NCBI GenBank assembly: GCA_030141605.1
Contig: JAQGDQ010002055.1
Span: forward strand, 1 to 16,491
Direction of reading: 5' to 3'
Length of the DNA: 16,491 bases
DNA from: Tubiluchus corallicola
Taxonomy: Eukaryota > Animalia > Priapulida
Both the position numbers and the translations under genes were made by a program. Positions 1 through 9,605 of this stretch are shown here, piece by piece; the first letter of the stretch is position 1; every line of letters starts with the position of its first letter. The notes beneath the pieces are model-generated. The model saw only the letters and a program-made list of their open reading frames with translations, had not been told where the DNA came from and did not search any database.

Positions 1-25
1 ATAAAATTTAAAGGCAAACTCAACG

Positions 26-31
26 TTTATT
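26..31 (-). terminator. Candidate polyadenylation signal AATAAA of the FGF 3' UTR
   Basis: TTTATT on the + strand, ~235 nt downstream of the FGF stop codon; may be a chance match in AT-rich DNA. Confidence 0.4.
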
Positions 32-266
32 TCAATATTTAAATGGATGTAAATACAGCCATGGTAAACTTTACTAAACACCTTGAATTTCAAGGCTAAT
101 CTTGGCTACGTCAAGTAAAGCATATGTACTTCTGTCGAGCGATTCACGAACCACAGTTTCACATTAACTATCGAAAGTTTTAGCAACGTGATTGATTGGC
201 TGGTTAGGACAGCCGCTAAGTCACGTGGCACGGGTGACATCGCACGCCATGATGCTGTCACCGATT

Positions 267-623
267 TCATCTGTGGCGGTATTTTCGCCTGCCACCAGGA
301 TTATAGAATTCCTGCAAACTGGTCATTCCATCCTCATCGTTTCCCAAAAATTTGGGAATGAACTGGACATTCTTTCTCACCAGTTGTTCCTTCCGACGCG
401 AACCCTTCTTTCGTCGCTTTTTCACCTTGCTGGCGCGGAACGGCTTACCGTTCTTTTTTAAACCTACAAACCACTTGTCGGACTTTTTTCGCTTAGCACA
501 GCGTTTCGTCCGTGTTTCTCTAGTCTTAGGCCACGTACACGAGGAGTACACAGTATGTCTAGAGTCGAGAAGTTCTTCTCGAAATAAACAATCACGAAAA
601 AAAGATGCCTTCTTTCTTCTTCT
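267..623 (-). CDS. FGF: FGF family gene, last coding exon (C-terminal part of the beta-trefoil plus tail)
   Basis: Translation RRRKKASFFRDCLFREELLDSRHTVYSS...KWFVGLKKNGKP...VQFIPK matches FGF motifs (xCxFxE, YxS, WF/YVxLxxxGxP, xxF). Acceptor ttttgtttttttgcag (AG at 625-624) opens the exon in phase 0; TGA stop at 269-267. Subfamily not assignable by eye. Confidence 0.93.
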   Translation of the reverse strand, partial: RRRKKASFFRDCLFREELLDSRHTVYSSCTWPKTRETRTKRCAKRKKSDKWFVGLKKNGKPFRASKVKKRRKKGSRRKEQLVRKNVQFIPKFLGNDEDGMTSLQEFYNPGGRRKYRHR

Positions 624-807
624 CTGCAAAAAACAAAATTTAATAAACCAATAATTTTAACAATGAATATATAAATTAAAGCATGCATAATTCGTATCTT
701 TTTACACAAAATAGTATATTTATAATCATTTACTAACTTTAAAGTGATTTATTAATATCTATCAACAACACCAATTGCTCATAGTCGGGCTTAAATTAAA
801 TTATTAA

Positions 808-1262
808 CCCTTTCATACCCGTTGTATCCCGTGGGATACGAGAATATTTTCTGCCTTTAAAATTAATAAATTTTTAAAACTGACAGTTATTTGATCTGTT
901 AATAGTTATTTTGATTTAAGCTAATAACAATGGACTAAAATGGTGATAAAATGGCAAACTAGAAAATCTACATAGCATAAAAAACTGCGCAAGGTACAGT
1001 ACTTTAGAGACGACTTTGTACAGATCAGCATAGCTTGCATACTAAATGTCTTAAATACTTTGAAAAATTATCAGCAGTTGCAAAATAAAGCACATTTTAT
1101 GCTTCCATTGAACCCCAATGTATCCCGTGGGATACAGCCTATATTTAGCACGCGGGCACAGGTAGAAAAAAATAATTATGTGTAAACAAGATGGACATAC
1201 TGAAGAAAAGTGCCAAGCCAAAAATGTTCTGTTATTAAAAAAATAATTTGGGACTGAAAGGG
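808..1262. mobile_element. piggyBac-type non-autonomous DNA transposon (MITE)
   Basis: TTAA on both sides (804-807, 1263-1266); CCC...GGG termini with imperfect TIRs CCCTTTCATACCC / CCCTTTCAGTCCC (rc); internal near-palindrome GTATCCCGTGGGATAC occurs twice (824-839, 1120-1135). Confidence 0.82.
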
Positions 1263-1470
1263 TTAAGTTATCAGAACCTATTTTAGATTTTGTAATACAT
1301 TCTGGTCGTTATTTTAATATATTAATTTTGTATTTTTTTTGTTATGGCGACCCATACATCTCACCAGATGTTGCTATGTTTGTGGTTATGCTGTGCTGCT
1401 ATGTTTTTGTATGCCAGTAAATCTAAAAAATCTAATATTTATCAATAATCAAAGAAAAATTTGTGATTGA

Positions 1471-1489
1471 GCCACCTAGATGGCAGCAC
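1471..1489 (+). promoter_or_regulatory. CTCF-like motif
   Basis: GCCACCTAGATGGCAGCAC; 2 mismatches to the core CCRCYAGRKGGCRSYA. Confidence 0.5.
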
Positions 1490-2653
1490 TTCATTGGCCT
1501 TTATGCTGCTACTTTTATGCCCGTTGAGTCTAAATAGGCCTACATCGAATATTTGGTTTTCTGTTTTGTAGTTTAAACAAATACGCCTTTTCACAGTTCC
1601 AGCGATTGATGATAATCGTGAAAAGGTCAAAGGTTAGGTGTACTAGACAACGCACTTGTGTACACTTGACAACACCTCGCAGCCCAAGCTGTTGTCATAG
1701 TAACAGTGTTAAACAGCTAGCTAGAATCTTACCTAGTTTATTTTTTTGTTCCTAAACAAGATCCTGCTAGTAAATCACTCTACGCACAGACTAATGTATA
1801 ATTAATTAAAGCCCACGTAAAACAACTGAAGTTACTGAACTGAGCCGGCAAACGGCCTTGCTTTACGCACATTTCACGTGACGGATGAAGTTAAGACGCG
1901 TTGCTATGGTACACTTAATCTTTGGCCTACAGCACCTGCGCGTGCGCATAACGAAGGCTTATTGTGATTTGCAAACTTACTCAGGAGAAGGACCATTCAT
2001 TTTTAGAGCATTTGCATACCGTTTTCATATTACTAAGGCACGTAATAGTTTCATAAGTCATAAGTCATTTATTTCACCTTACACATTTACAATGGTTACA
2101 TGTACAATATCTAGTGAAAGGGCCTACAATGGATATAATACAAATAAGAAATATTGCACAGGAAAAGCCTCAAACACTGTTCACTTATACACGAAGGTAA
2201 ATGTGTTGAGGGCAATCAAAAAGCAGGGCTTGTTAGATTGTCCCACACAGTGATAGAAAAAAATAATGGAGATAATCTGAAATTTTAAAGTGAATCGTGA
2301 TAAGAAGACAAACATTAGTGCTTAAAATGGAATGATGTAATGAATTCACTAAAAGTTAAAATCTCCACTAGCTTCAGGTTGTTAAAAATATTTTTTTGAA
2401 ATCAACATAAAAGTCAGTTTCAAGTCACATATTTTTCCACTCATCACCAATGTTTTCAAAGACAGGCAAATCTCGTAAAAATTTTAAGTTTTTATAATTT
2501 AGCGTCAATAAACGGGAACCTTCTCTCTACCTAACTGCTCCATCAAGCCACGAAATTGTGCTAGTTAAGCAGTTTCATTAACTAATAGCTATTGATCGAA
2601 CAGAAAACCCGTTGTATCTGAGCATCACTTTTGTACATCGGTGGATTTTTTCA

Positions 2654-2669
2654 CCGCTAGATGGCAGCA
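2654..2669 (+). promoter_or_regulatory. CTCF core motif
   Basis: CCGCTAGATGGCAGCA fully fits CCRCYAGRKGGCRSYA. Confidence 0.6.
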
Positions 2670-2747
2670 GACAGTTATTCGTTATCGATATTCAGTTTTT
2701 CTATCGAGTTGCAAAAAACTTAATGTTCTAAAACAATAATGCAGCAG

Positions 2748-2748
2748 A

Positions 2749-2779
<31 letters not shown>

Positions 2780-2792
2780 TATTATTATTACT

Positions 2793-2836
<44 letters not shown>

Positions 2837-2843
2837 TATTATT
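2748..2843. repeat. Compound microsatellite (ATT)n-(ATC)n-(ATT)n
   Basis: Read directly from the sequence; explains the poly-I and poly-D/N ORFs. Confidence 0.97.
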
Positions 2844-3255
2844 AATTGTTTTCAAAATAATATAAAAACCTCCAATTTGCACTATACATACAAAGTTATA
2901 TTACACGTACAAAAACGCAACATGTATCCACATACATATTTGTAGATATTTGTACATATTGCACTTTCAAAGAGAAACCAGGCTTGTATCAATTGTACTC
3001 AATGCATAACTAGTCTTTGTATGTTTTACGATACTGCTTTTTAAACTAAGATTTCGTGCATAATTTCTGTGAAAGCTGTCTGTCCAGGCACAAGTGGTCA
3101 TCTAAAATTTTGCGATAAGTAAGGGCATTTTGCGTAGAAGATTTAGCGCTGTAAGAAATAACAGAACAATCAAATATTAGGTGTTCCACTGTCTGGTAAG
3201 TCTATAAATGCTTGTATGTCAGTAACATATTTACAATAATTACTATAGGCTAAGC

Positions 3256-3737
3256 CAGGGGTGTGCAAATTGTGGCCCGCCGAGAGAATTTGTGCGGCCC
3301 GCGAAGAGATTTGTCAACCTAATGGAAGTGCGGCCCGGGCGATTAATTGAGTGTATCCAGCTGAAGTCCGTGCCATGATCCCAAAGATAGTGTGGGTAGT
3401 TTTTTCTACTAGATCGGATGCCATTAACCCTTACAAGACGGTTGTAGCTTAATGTCACTGTACTACACAGACTGTGTGATACACATTACTAATATGCATT
3501 GTAATGAAATTACCACTATCTGTCCTGAAAGTAGAAATATATGGTTTGTAATATAAATTTTAATAACTTCTAAAATTGTTTCTTGAGTGCAGTAGTAATG
3601 ATGTACGCAGGTCGAATGCAAAAAAATCGTTATTAGGTCTTTCTGTACTTGGCTCCTTGATCAAACTGCCTGTGGCCTGCAGGAATTGCGGGAAAGTTTA
3701 ATGTGGCCCGGCTAGTTAGATAATTTGCACATCCCTG
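3256..3737 (+). mobile_element. hAT-superfamily (Charlie/Buster-like) MITE, copy 1 (strand arbitrary)
   Basis: TIRs CAGGGGTGTGCAAATT / AATTTGCACATCCCTG; perfect 8-bp TSD GGCTAAGC (3248-3255, 3738-3745) with central TA; subterminal GGCCCG motifs. Confidence 0.93.
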
Positions 3738-4569
3738 GGCTAAGCGAACTGCATATAGGAAGGACTTACGACCTCGACCAAGTAAAGAGTTAAATGTGTC
3801 TCCGAATCCAACAGAATTCAAATCTATCGTAAAGCAATCATCGCAAAACGTTTCTAGAATTTCATTATTCGGTTCGCTTTGCTATCAAATAAATTGCCAG
3901 CCATAAATAATGTTTTATACACATTTGTTTGTGTTAAATGAACAACCTATCACATTCCAGACAAAACAGATCCTAGTTTTTCGCCATGTTTGTACTAAAA
4001 ACGTAAACCAGACGCAACGTTAGCTCGTGCCGGTCACGCGAACAGGTGACCACGCCCTGTCCAGCTGTAAATTGAGAGGAAGGGCTGCCCTAAACTTGAC
4101 TCAAAGTAGACCCAGTAGGCTCCACTCAATTTCATTTTTCACAAGGTCGAATGGGTCCACTTACTACACTGTCGACAGCATTATTAAATAACATTAATTA
4201 ATCCTATTACCGAACACAAGTATGTCTAGCTACACACCCTCTACGTAGAGCTGCCCCTGGCCCCATGGCTTCTTGTTCGTCGGTTCACTGACGTTTGCTC
4301 GACAAAAAGAAGCCGCCTGTGCATACATAATGTTTTCATTTTCCAATTTATACGAACCGTACCCCTCAGTGTCCTCAAATTAGAGCAGGCACATTCAAAG
4401 TCCAAATTAATTTACACACAGCTCAAACTTAAAATTCGACTAAATTTAATTCGAAAAAAAGTTTTTATTATTACTTGAATACTCTTATAAAACCTGGACG
4501 TGGTAACATTATCTTCACAGTTTTGGGAGGTTTGAGTTATTGTTTAAAATGCTGAAAAACACAGGAAGG

Positions 4570-4755
4570 AGTTTACGATTCCTCACACACGATTTATATA
4601 CCCTAACCCTAACCGTAACCATAACCCAACTCTAACCCAAACCTTAACCCACCTTAGTCTAGACCCTAATCCTAATCCTAAGCTTGACGAATTGATTTCT
4701 TGTGTGTGGGGAATTGTAAACTTTAGCAGTGTGTGGGGAATTGTAAACTTTAGCA
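4570..4755. mobile_element. Small repeat element: degenerate (CCCTAA)n core between 21-bp inverted repeats
   Basis: AGTTTACGATTCCTCACACAC (4570-4590) is the reverse complement of GTGTGTGGGGAATTGTAAACT (4702-4722) with 2 mismatches; telomere-like hexamers at 4601-4681; right arm tandemly duplicated (27 bp, 4702-4728 and 4729-4755). Class uncertain. Confidence 0.6.
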
Positions 4756-5487
4756 CAAACACATCGTACATTCACTGATAATGCATATCGCGGTTACATA
4801 CCCAACAAACGCAACATGAATACAGCAGCTGCAGCACGCATAATAAAAATCCAAGTTCGAATCCCAGTTCAGTTAAAGTCTCTTTTTTGGAGTTTTTAGG
4901 ACTGACTCTCGTTAAAATATGCAAATTTGATGTCATGCTCTTAATTTCTGGCCAATTTCCAATCGAATTTTTGCCCAGAACGCCAGAATATTACGCCTTT
5001 TACTGCTTTAAAAAGTTTAAACTGTTAATTAATAAATTTTGATTCATTGGTTATTAAAAGAACTGATACTAATTAGATGATTCTATCTATGACAGAGAAA
5101 CTTGGGTGTCTGATTTCATAAAGTACTTCTAAAATTAATTGACAGCAAATTTCATATTCATCGCTTTTCTACTTTAGTGCCCCAAACAAGCCGCCTGATA
5201 TTTATTCGTGTAGCAGTACTGTCAGTTTAATTAAGTGGCTTTTCTGAAACAAAATTAGTTCATGAAGTGTGCAACAGAACTAGCGCCCTCCTAGCCAAAA
5301 TTATAGAATAAAGGAAGGTGCATTGTCTGAAAGCTTGGTTTTTCACAAACATAAACAATGCGTTTGCGCGTAAACAATGCGTTCATAATGGTCCATAATG
5401 GTACAGCATGACGCGCTCTTACTTTTTGGACTGTGACAGGTACAGCATGCTCTGTCACAGCAAACAACAACAACATAACTTACTGTA

Positions 5488-6190
5488 GGTTTTACACATC
5501 AAATGTAGAAACAGGAAAGTTCAAATGTGACTTGGGTAAGTCAAATGTAGACATAGGAATTTCGAATGTGTTTTGGTAACTCAAATGTAACTTAGGTAAG
5601 TCATATGTAAACAGGAATTTCGAATGTGTTTTGGTAACTCAAATGTGACTTAGGTAAGTCAAATGTAGACATAGGAATTTCGAATCTGTTTTGGTAACTC
5701 AAATGTGACTTAGGTAAGTCAAATGTAGACATAGGAATTTCGAATGTGTTTTGGTAACTCAAATGTGACTTGGGTAAGTCAAATGTAGACATAGGAATTT
5801 CGAATGTGTTTTGGTAACTCAAATGTGACTTCGGTAAGTCAAATGTAGACATAGGAATTTCGAATGTGTTTTGGTAACTCAAATTTGACTTAGGTAAGTC
5901 AAATGTAGACATAGGAATTTCGAATGTGTTTTGGTAACTCAAATGCGACTTGGGTAAGTCAAAATATAGATGCGTTACTTTGAATAAATCGGTAATTAAG
6001 TTATTTAAGTGCAAATTAGAAAAAGATAAAAAAGTAGGCCTATAGCGTTGTTATTTTAACTTAAGAGAAATTATTAAATTGAAATTAAAGAAGATTAAAT
6101 TTAACATCCTTAAACTTTACCACCTATCCACATTTGAGATACCAATGTCACATTTGACTTGACATGTGTCTACATTTGACATGTAAAACC
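5488..6190. mobile_element. Non-autonomous TIR DNA transposon with internal 60-bp tandem array
   Basis: Left end GGTTTTACACATCAAATGTAGAAACA...TCAAATGTGAC matches the reverse complement of the right end (GGTTTTACATGTCAAATGTAGACACA...TCAAATGTGAC) imperfectly over ~60 bp; TA flanks both ends (5486-5487, 6191-6192). Exact ends and superfamily uncertain. Confidence 0.72.
5521..5970. repeat. 60-bp minisatellite, 7 full units plus a partial one
   Basis: Unit TCAAATGTGACTTRGGTAAGTCAAATGTAGACATAGGAATTTCGAATGTGTTTTGGTAAC; the second unit is 58 bp. Confidence 0.97.
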
Positions 6191-6486
6191 TATAGTTGCA
6201 AATACCCTCAAATTTTTTACTTGGAATGTTTGAGAAATTCTCTCTGGAACTCTGAATCATTTCTGAATCAGCTCTAATGAAATAGCTTGTATAAGACAGT
6301 GAACTGTTTGCTTTGAGTAAACTTGAGCAGACATGAACCACAGCTTTGGCACCAAATATCAAACATCACCGCCTTGTGGGCAGCCTAACCGTTGCTAAGA
6401 TACGAGTAAATGTGTGGCCATAATAATTATACTGCCCTCATAACAATCATGTCAGACTAACTAGTGAAGGTGTAGATTTTCTACAG

Positions 6487-6969
6487 CAGGGGTGTGCAAA
6501 TTATCTGACTAGCCGGACCACATTAAACTTTCCCGCAATTCCTGCGGGCCACAGGCAGTTTGATCAAGGAGCCAAGTACAGAAAGGCCTAATAACGATAT
6601 TTTTTGCATCCGACCTGCGTACATCATCACTACTGCACTCAAGAAACTATTTTTGAAGTTATTAAAATTTATATTACCAATCATATATTCCTACTTTCAG
6701 GACAGATAGTGGTAATTTCATTACAATGCATACTAGTAATGTGTATCACACAGTCTGTGTAGTACAGTGACATTAAGCTACAACCGTCTTGGAAGGGTTA
6801 ATGGCATCCGATCTAGTAGAAAAAACTACCCGCACTATCTTTGAGATCGTGGCACAGACTTCAGCTGGATACACTCAATTAATCGCCCGGGCCGCACTTT
6901 CATTAGGTTGACAAATCTCTTCGCGGGCCGCACAAATTCTCTCGGCGGGCTGTAATTTGCACACCCCTG
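6487..6969 (-). mobile_element. hAT MITE, copy 2 (inverted relative to copy 1)
   Basis: Reverse complement of 3256-3737 with only scattered differences; TIRs CAGGGGTGTGCAAATT / AATTTGCACACCCCTG; 8-bp TSD TTCTACAG / CTCTACAG (1 mismatch). Confidence 0.93.
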
Positions 6970-7263
6970 CTCTACAGTATAGGTTTTCGTAAACCACTCA
7001 GTTCCGCCTAAACATTTTTAATTCAAATGAATCAAACTGTGAGCATTCCAATTCAAGTGTGCGTTTGAGGAACTAATAATTCCGAAATTCCTAAACGCGG
7101 GAAAAGTGGAGAGAGTGCTTACTTTAAATGCGATAAGCTGTCCTGGTTTAACGAGTTGCAAAATCACATAAATAATAAAGTTGTCAGGGTAAAAACAGTC
7201 TTTAAAAGCTGAAATTTGTCGAACCAAAAAAACTTTAAAATACTTTAATTTAAAAATAGCAAA

Positions 7264-7688
7264 TTTTGATAAATTAAATGCAATAATCCTGCCTGAAAAC
7301 CTTAATATAGCTGTCTTAGGAAATAATGATCTGTTGAAGTTGTTATTATTCGGTAAAGATGAATTTAACTATGTTGCTAACTGTAAAATATTCCAATGCA
7401 TACATGACTTTACATTATGTACTAAACGCTTCCAGTGGTTTCTATCTGATATAAAATGCATCATTCTTAAATAATCGTACATTAATATTTACTAACGGTC
7501 ATTTTCTAGTAATGTCTAATGTATCACTGTAGTAAAACTTTAGTATACTAAAGTCTACTAAAAGCTAAGTATAGTCTATTCTTACTGTAAATGTTCTTGT
7601 AAATAGTGTATAAAGTCTGTTGTGGTGAGGATCCTAAATCATGTTGTACAAACTGTCTGATCCAATCCTAATTAAATTATATTTAAAC
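7264..7688 (+). mobile_element. 5'-truncated CR1-like LINE (ORF2 C-terminus plus 3' UTR)
   Basis: 7265-7474 translates FDKLNAIILPENLNIAVLGNNDLLKLLLFGKDEFNYVANCKIFQCIHDFTLCTKRF..., matching the LLxG...NxxIF...F...TxRF end of invertebrate CR1 ORF2; flanked by the 13-bp direct repeat TAAAAATAGCAAA (7251-7263, 7689-7701). Confidence 0.78.
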
Positions 7689-7853
7689 TAAAAATAGCAA
7701 AAGTGCTCGTATAGCTCATAATCATAAAACAGCATTAGCTTGAGAATTTAAACGGTTAATTAATTAATTTAATTAATTAGTCAAACAGTGAACTGTTCTG
7801 CTGAGATCAACCTAGCAATTTTGCCAGAAAATTTACAGGAAAAAAGATTATAC

Positions 7854-7941
7854 GAGTCACTGAGGTCACGTGACCAAAAGAAAGAGGAAGTAATGGCTTC
7901 CGCTCTATAAAAATTCATCTCCTGAAAGGCATGTGACGTCA
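7854..7941 (+). promoter_or_regulatory. Dense cis-regulatory motif cluster (E-box, ETS, TATA, CRE)
   Basis: GGTCACGTGACC palindrome 7864-7875; GAGGAAGT 7884-7891; CTTCCG 7897-7902; TATAAAA 7906-7912; TGACGTCA 7934-7941. Confidence 0.5.
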
Positions 7942-8974
7942 TTGCCTCTTTACACCAGGGCTGTGCAATATTCACACGATTCCTAGCTATTGTTTTCTCG
8001 TAAATCTTTGCTTGAATTCGAGGAAATTCGGGTATCCTAGCAAGATATGACTTTCGTCCAGGGTCGATCGGTCTCAGACTGCCAGCGCCCTCATGACCTC
8101 GACATTTTGTATCTAGGTTGAGCTCAGACGAACCAGACAGACTTGCAGTTGCCCTCAGTAAGTCTAAACGTTTTTGCTTACAATTCTCCTACGTGATGCT
8201 AATTAATTATGATAGGTTTGATCGGCGTGTCCTTTGTACTAGCTTCTGTACTAATATGGCAGATCCATCACCGGGGACGCAAGAACGAAACTAGAAGCCA
8301 ACACAGAAAACTGACTATACTAACAGCTTCCTCTGTGAGACGCGTCCACAAACTTCATCAGAGACGGCTGGAGCAGAACCGTTTGGGGCAGACGGTTGAG
8401 ATCTAGATTTTGGGGTATGCCAGATTAACTACCTTCTCTCGTCTGCGTAATTAAGCAAAGCAAAGGCCGTTTCAAGGTCAGTTGCGAGGTCAAACGCCTG
8501 TAAAGCTTGGAAGGATTTACGAGACCTGCTGTCAACAGATAGGCACAACAAGAAAATTATGGTTCGATTAACTTATAACATCAGAATAAATAGTCATAAC
8601 TGAAATTTATGTCAAAATCTGTGTAAAAGTGAACGTCCGAATGTCGGTTACCATGGTTACCAAATAAATTCTGCCAATATCTAGGCAATAATGTGGCGAG
8701 ATTCGTTTTTAGTTTTTTGAAAAAAATTACCATAAACGTTTGATTATAGCTGTTATGATACCACTTAAAACAAAAGATAATGACTTATACGTTAAAATTG
8801 ATCTATCCCAGGTTAAAACTAAAGGTGCACAATTTTGGAGTGAGCAACACTTTGAATTTTATCTAAGTGATCAATTCGTTTATTTATTAAAATTTATTCG
8901 TACATTTAATAAGTACACAGCATTGTAAAAAGTTAAACAGCTACGCAAATAATGTGAAAATTACAAGCCTACAG

Positions 8975-9474
8975 AGATCATCAAACTCTCCTGTTTCTCT
9001 ATAAATATATCAACAATATTAATTCTCCTTTCAAAAACAATAAGCTCCCACTTCTTAAAAACCCCAGTATGAATAACAGAACACTAAATTTAAGAAACAT
9101 TAGAACGAACAATCAATATGGAAAGAATTCCATTACTAAGCAAGCAATACAACTTTGGAATTCATTACCGACATCACTAAAACACAGCAGCTCTTCATCA
9201 ATATTCAAGTCTAAATTAAAAAAAAAACATTTAATGACTCGTTTTGAATATCCGACACACGAACACGATGATACTCACTCAAATCATAATTTCATTTTTC
9301 CTAGACCTTACTAAACTAGTTTATATTTTATTTTTGAATTTCTAGTTGCACTTATAGTTTAGCTTGCACCAGACGCACTTGCCTAGAACAGTGAATGTTT
9401 TTTATATGAACTAACACTGATTGTCTGTCTTTTATTATGATGGTCAATGTTTTTAAAATGGCAAATAAAGATTT
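8975..9474 (+). mobile_element. 5'-truncated CR1/L2-group LINE (Crack/Daphne/L2-like) 3' fragment
   Basis: ORF 9069-9314 contains RTNNQYGKNSITKQAIQLWNSLPTSLKHSSSSSIFKSKLKK, the LWNxLP...FKxxLK end of CR1/L2-group ORF2; the 3' UTR ends in AATAAA (9464-9469) directly before a microsatellite tail. The 5' boundary is approximate. Confidence 0.8.

Positions 9475-9605
<131 letters not shown>

Noticed and set aside
192-709. ORFs 192-461, 352-654 and 464-709 overlapping the FGF last exon
   Set aside because: Antisense or alternative-frame shadows of the real exon, with no independent support.
1442-1630. ORF with SIAGTVKRRICLN, superficially like FGF exon 2
   Set aside because: No fitting splice sites or GxLY motif; the true exon 2 is at 10836-10939.
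3770-3853. Possible 84-bp cassette exon on the minus strand (AG...GTAAGT)
   Set aside because: In the phase-0 FGF intron it would read KRFAMIALR-stop, the acceptor is weak, and the FGF domain is complete without it. A poison exon cannot be excluded without RNA data.
4855-4865. Pol III B-box-like GTTCGAATCCC (tRNA or SINE head)
   Set aside because: No A-box, cloverleaf or SINE body recognisable around it.
5601-6014. 137-aa ORF with 20-aa repeats (FDLPKSHLSYQNTFEIPMST)
   Set aside because: Translation of the 60-bp minisatellite inside a TIR element.
3256-6969. A single composite transposon bounded by the two hAT copies
   Set aside because: The outer flanks differ (GGCTAAGC vs CTCTACAG) and each copy has its own TSD, so they inserted separately.
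7781-8190. ~135-codon stop-free frame on the minus strand
   Set aside because: No recognisable domain or convincing exon boundaries; it overlaps the regulatory motif cluster and is likely chance.
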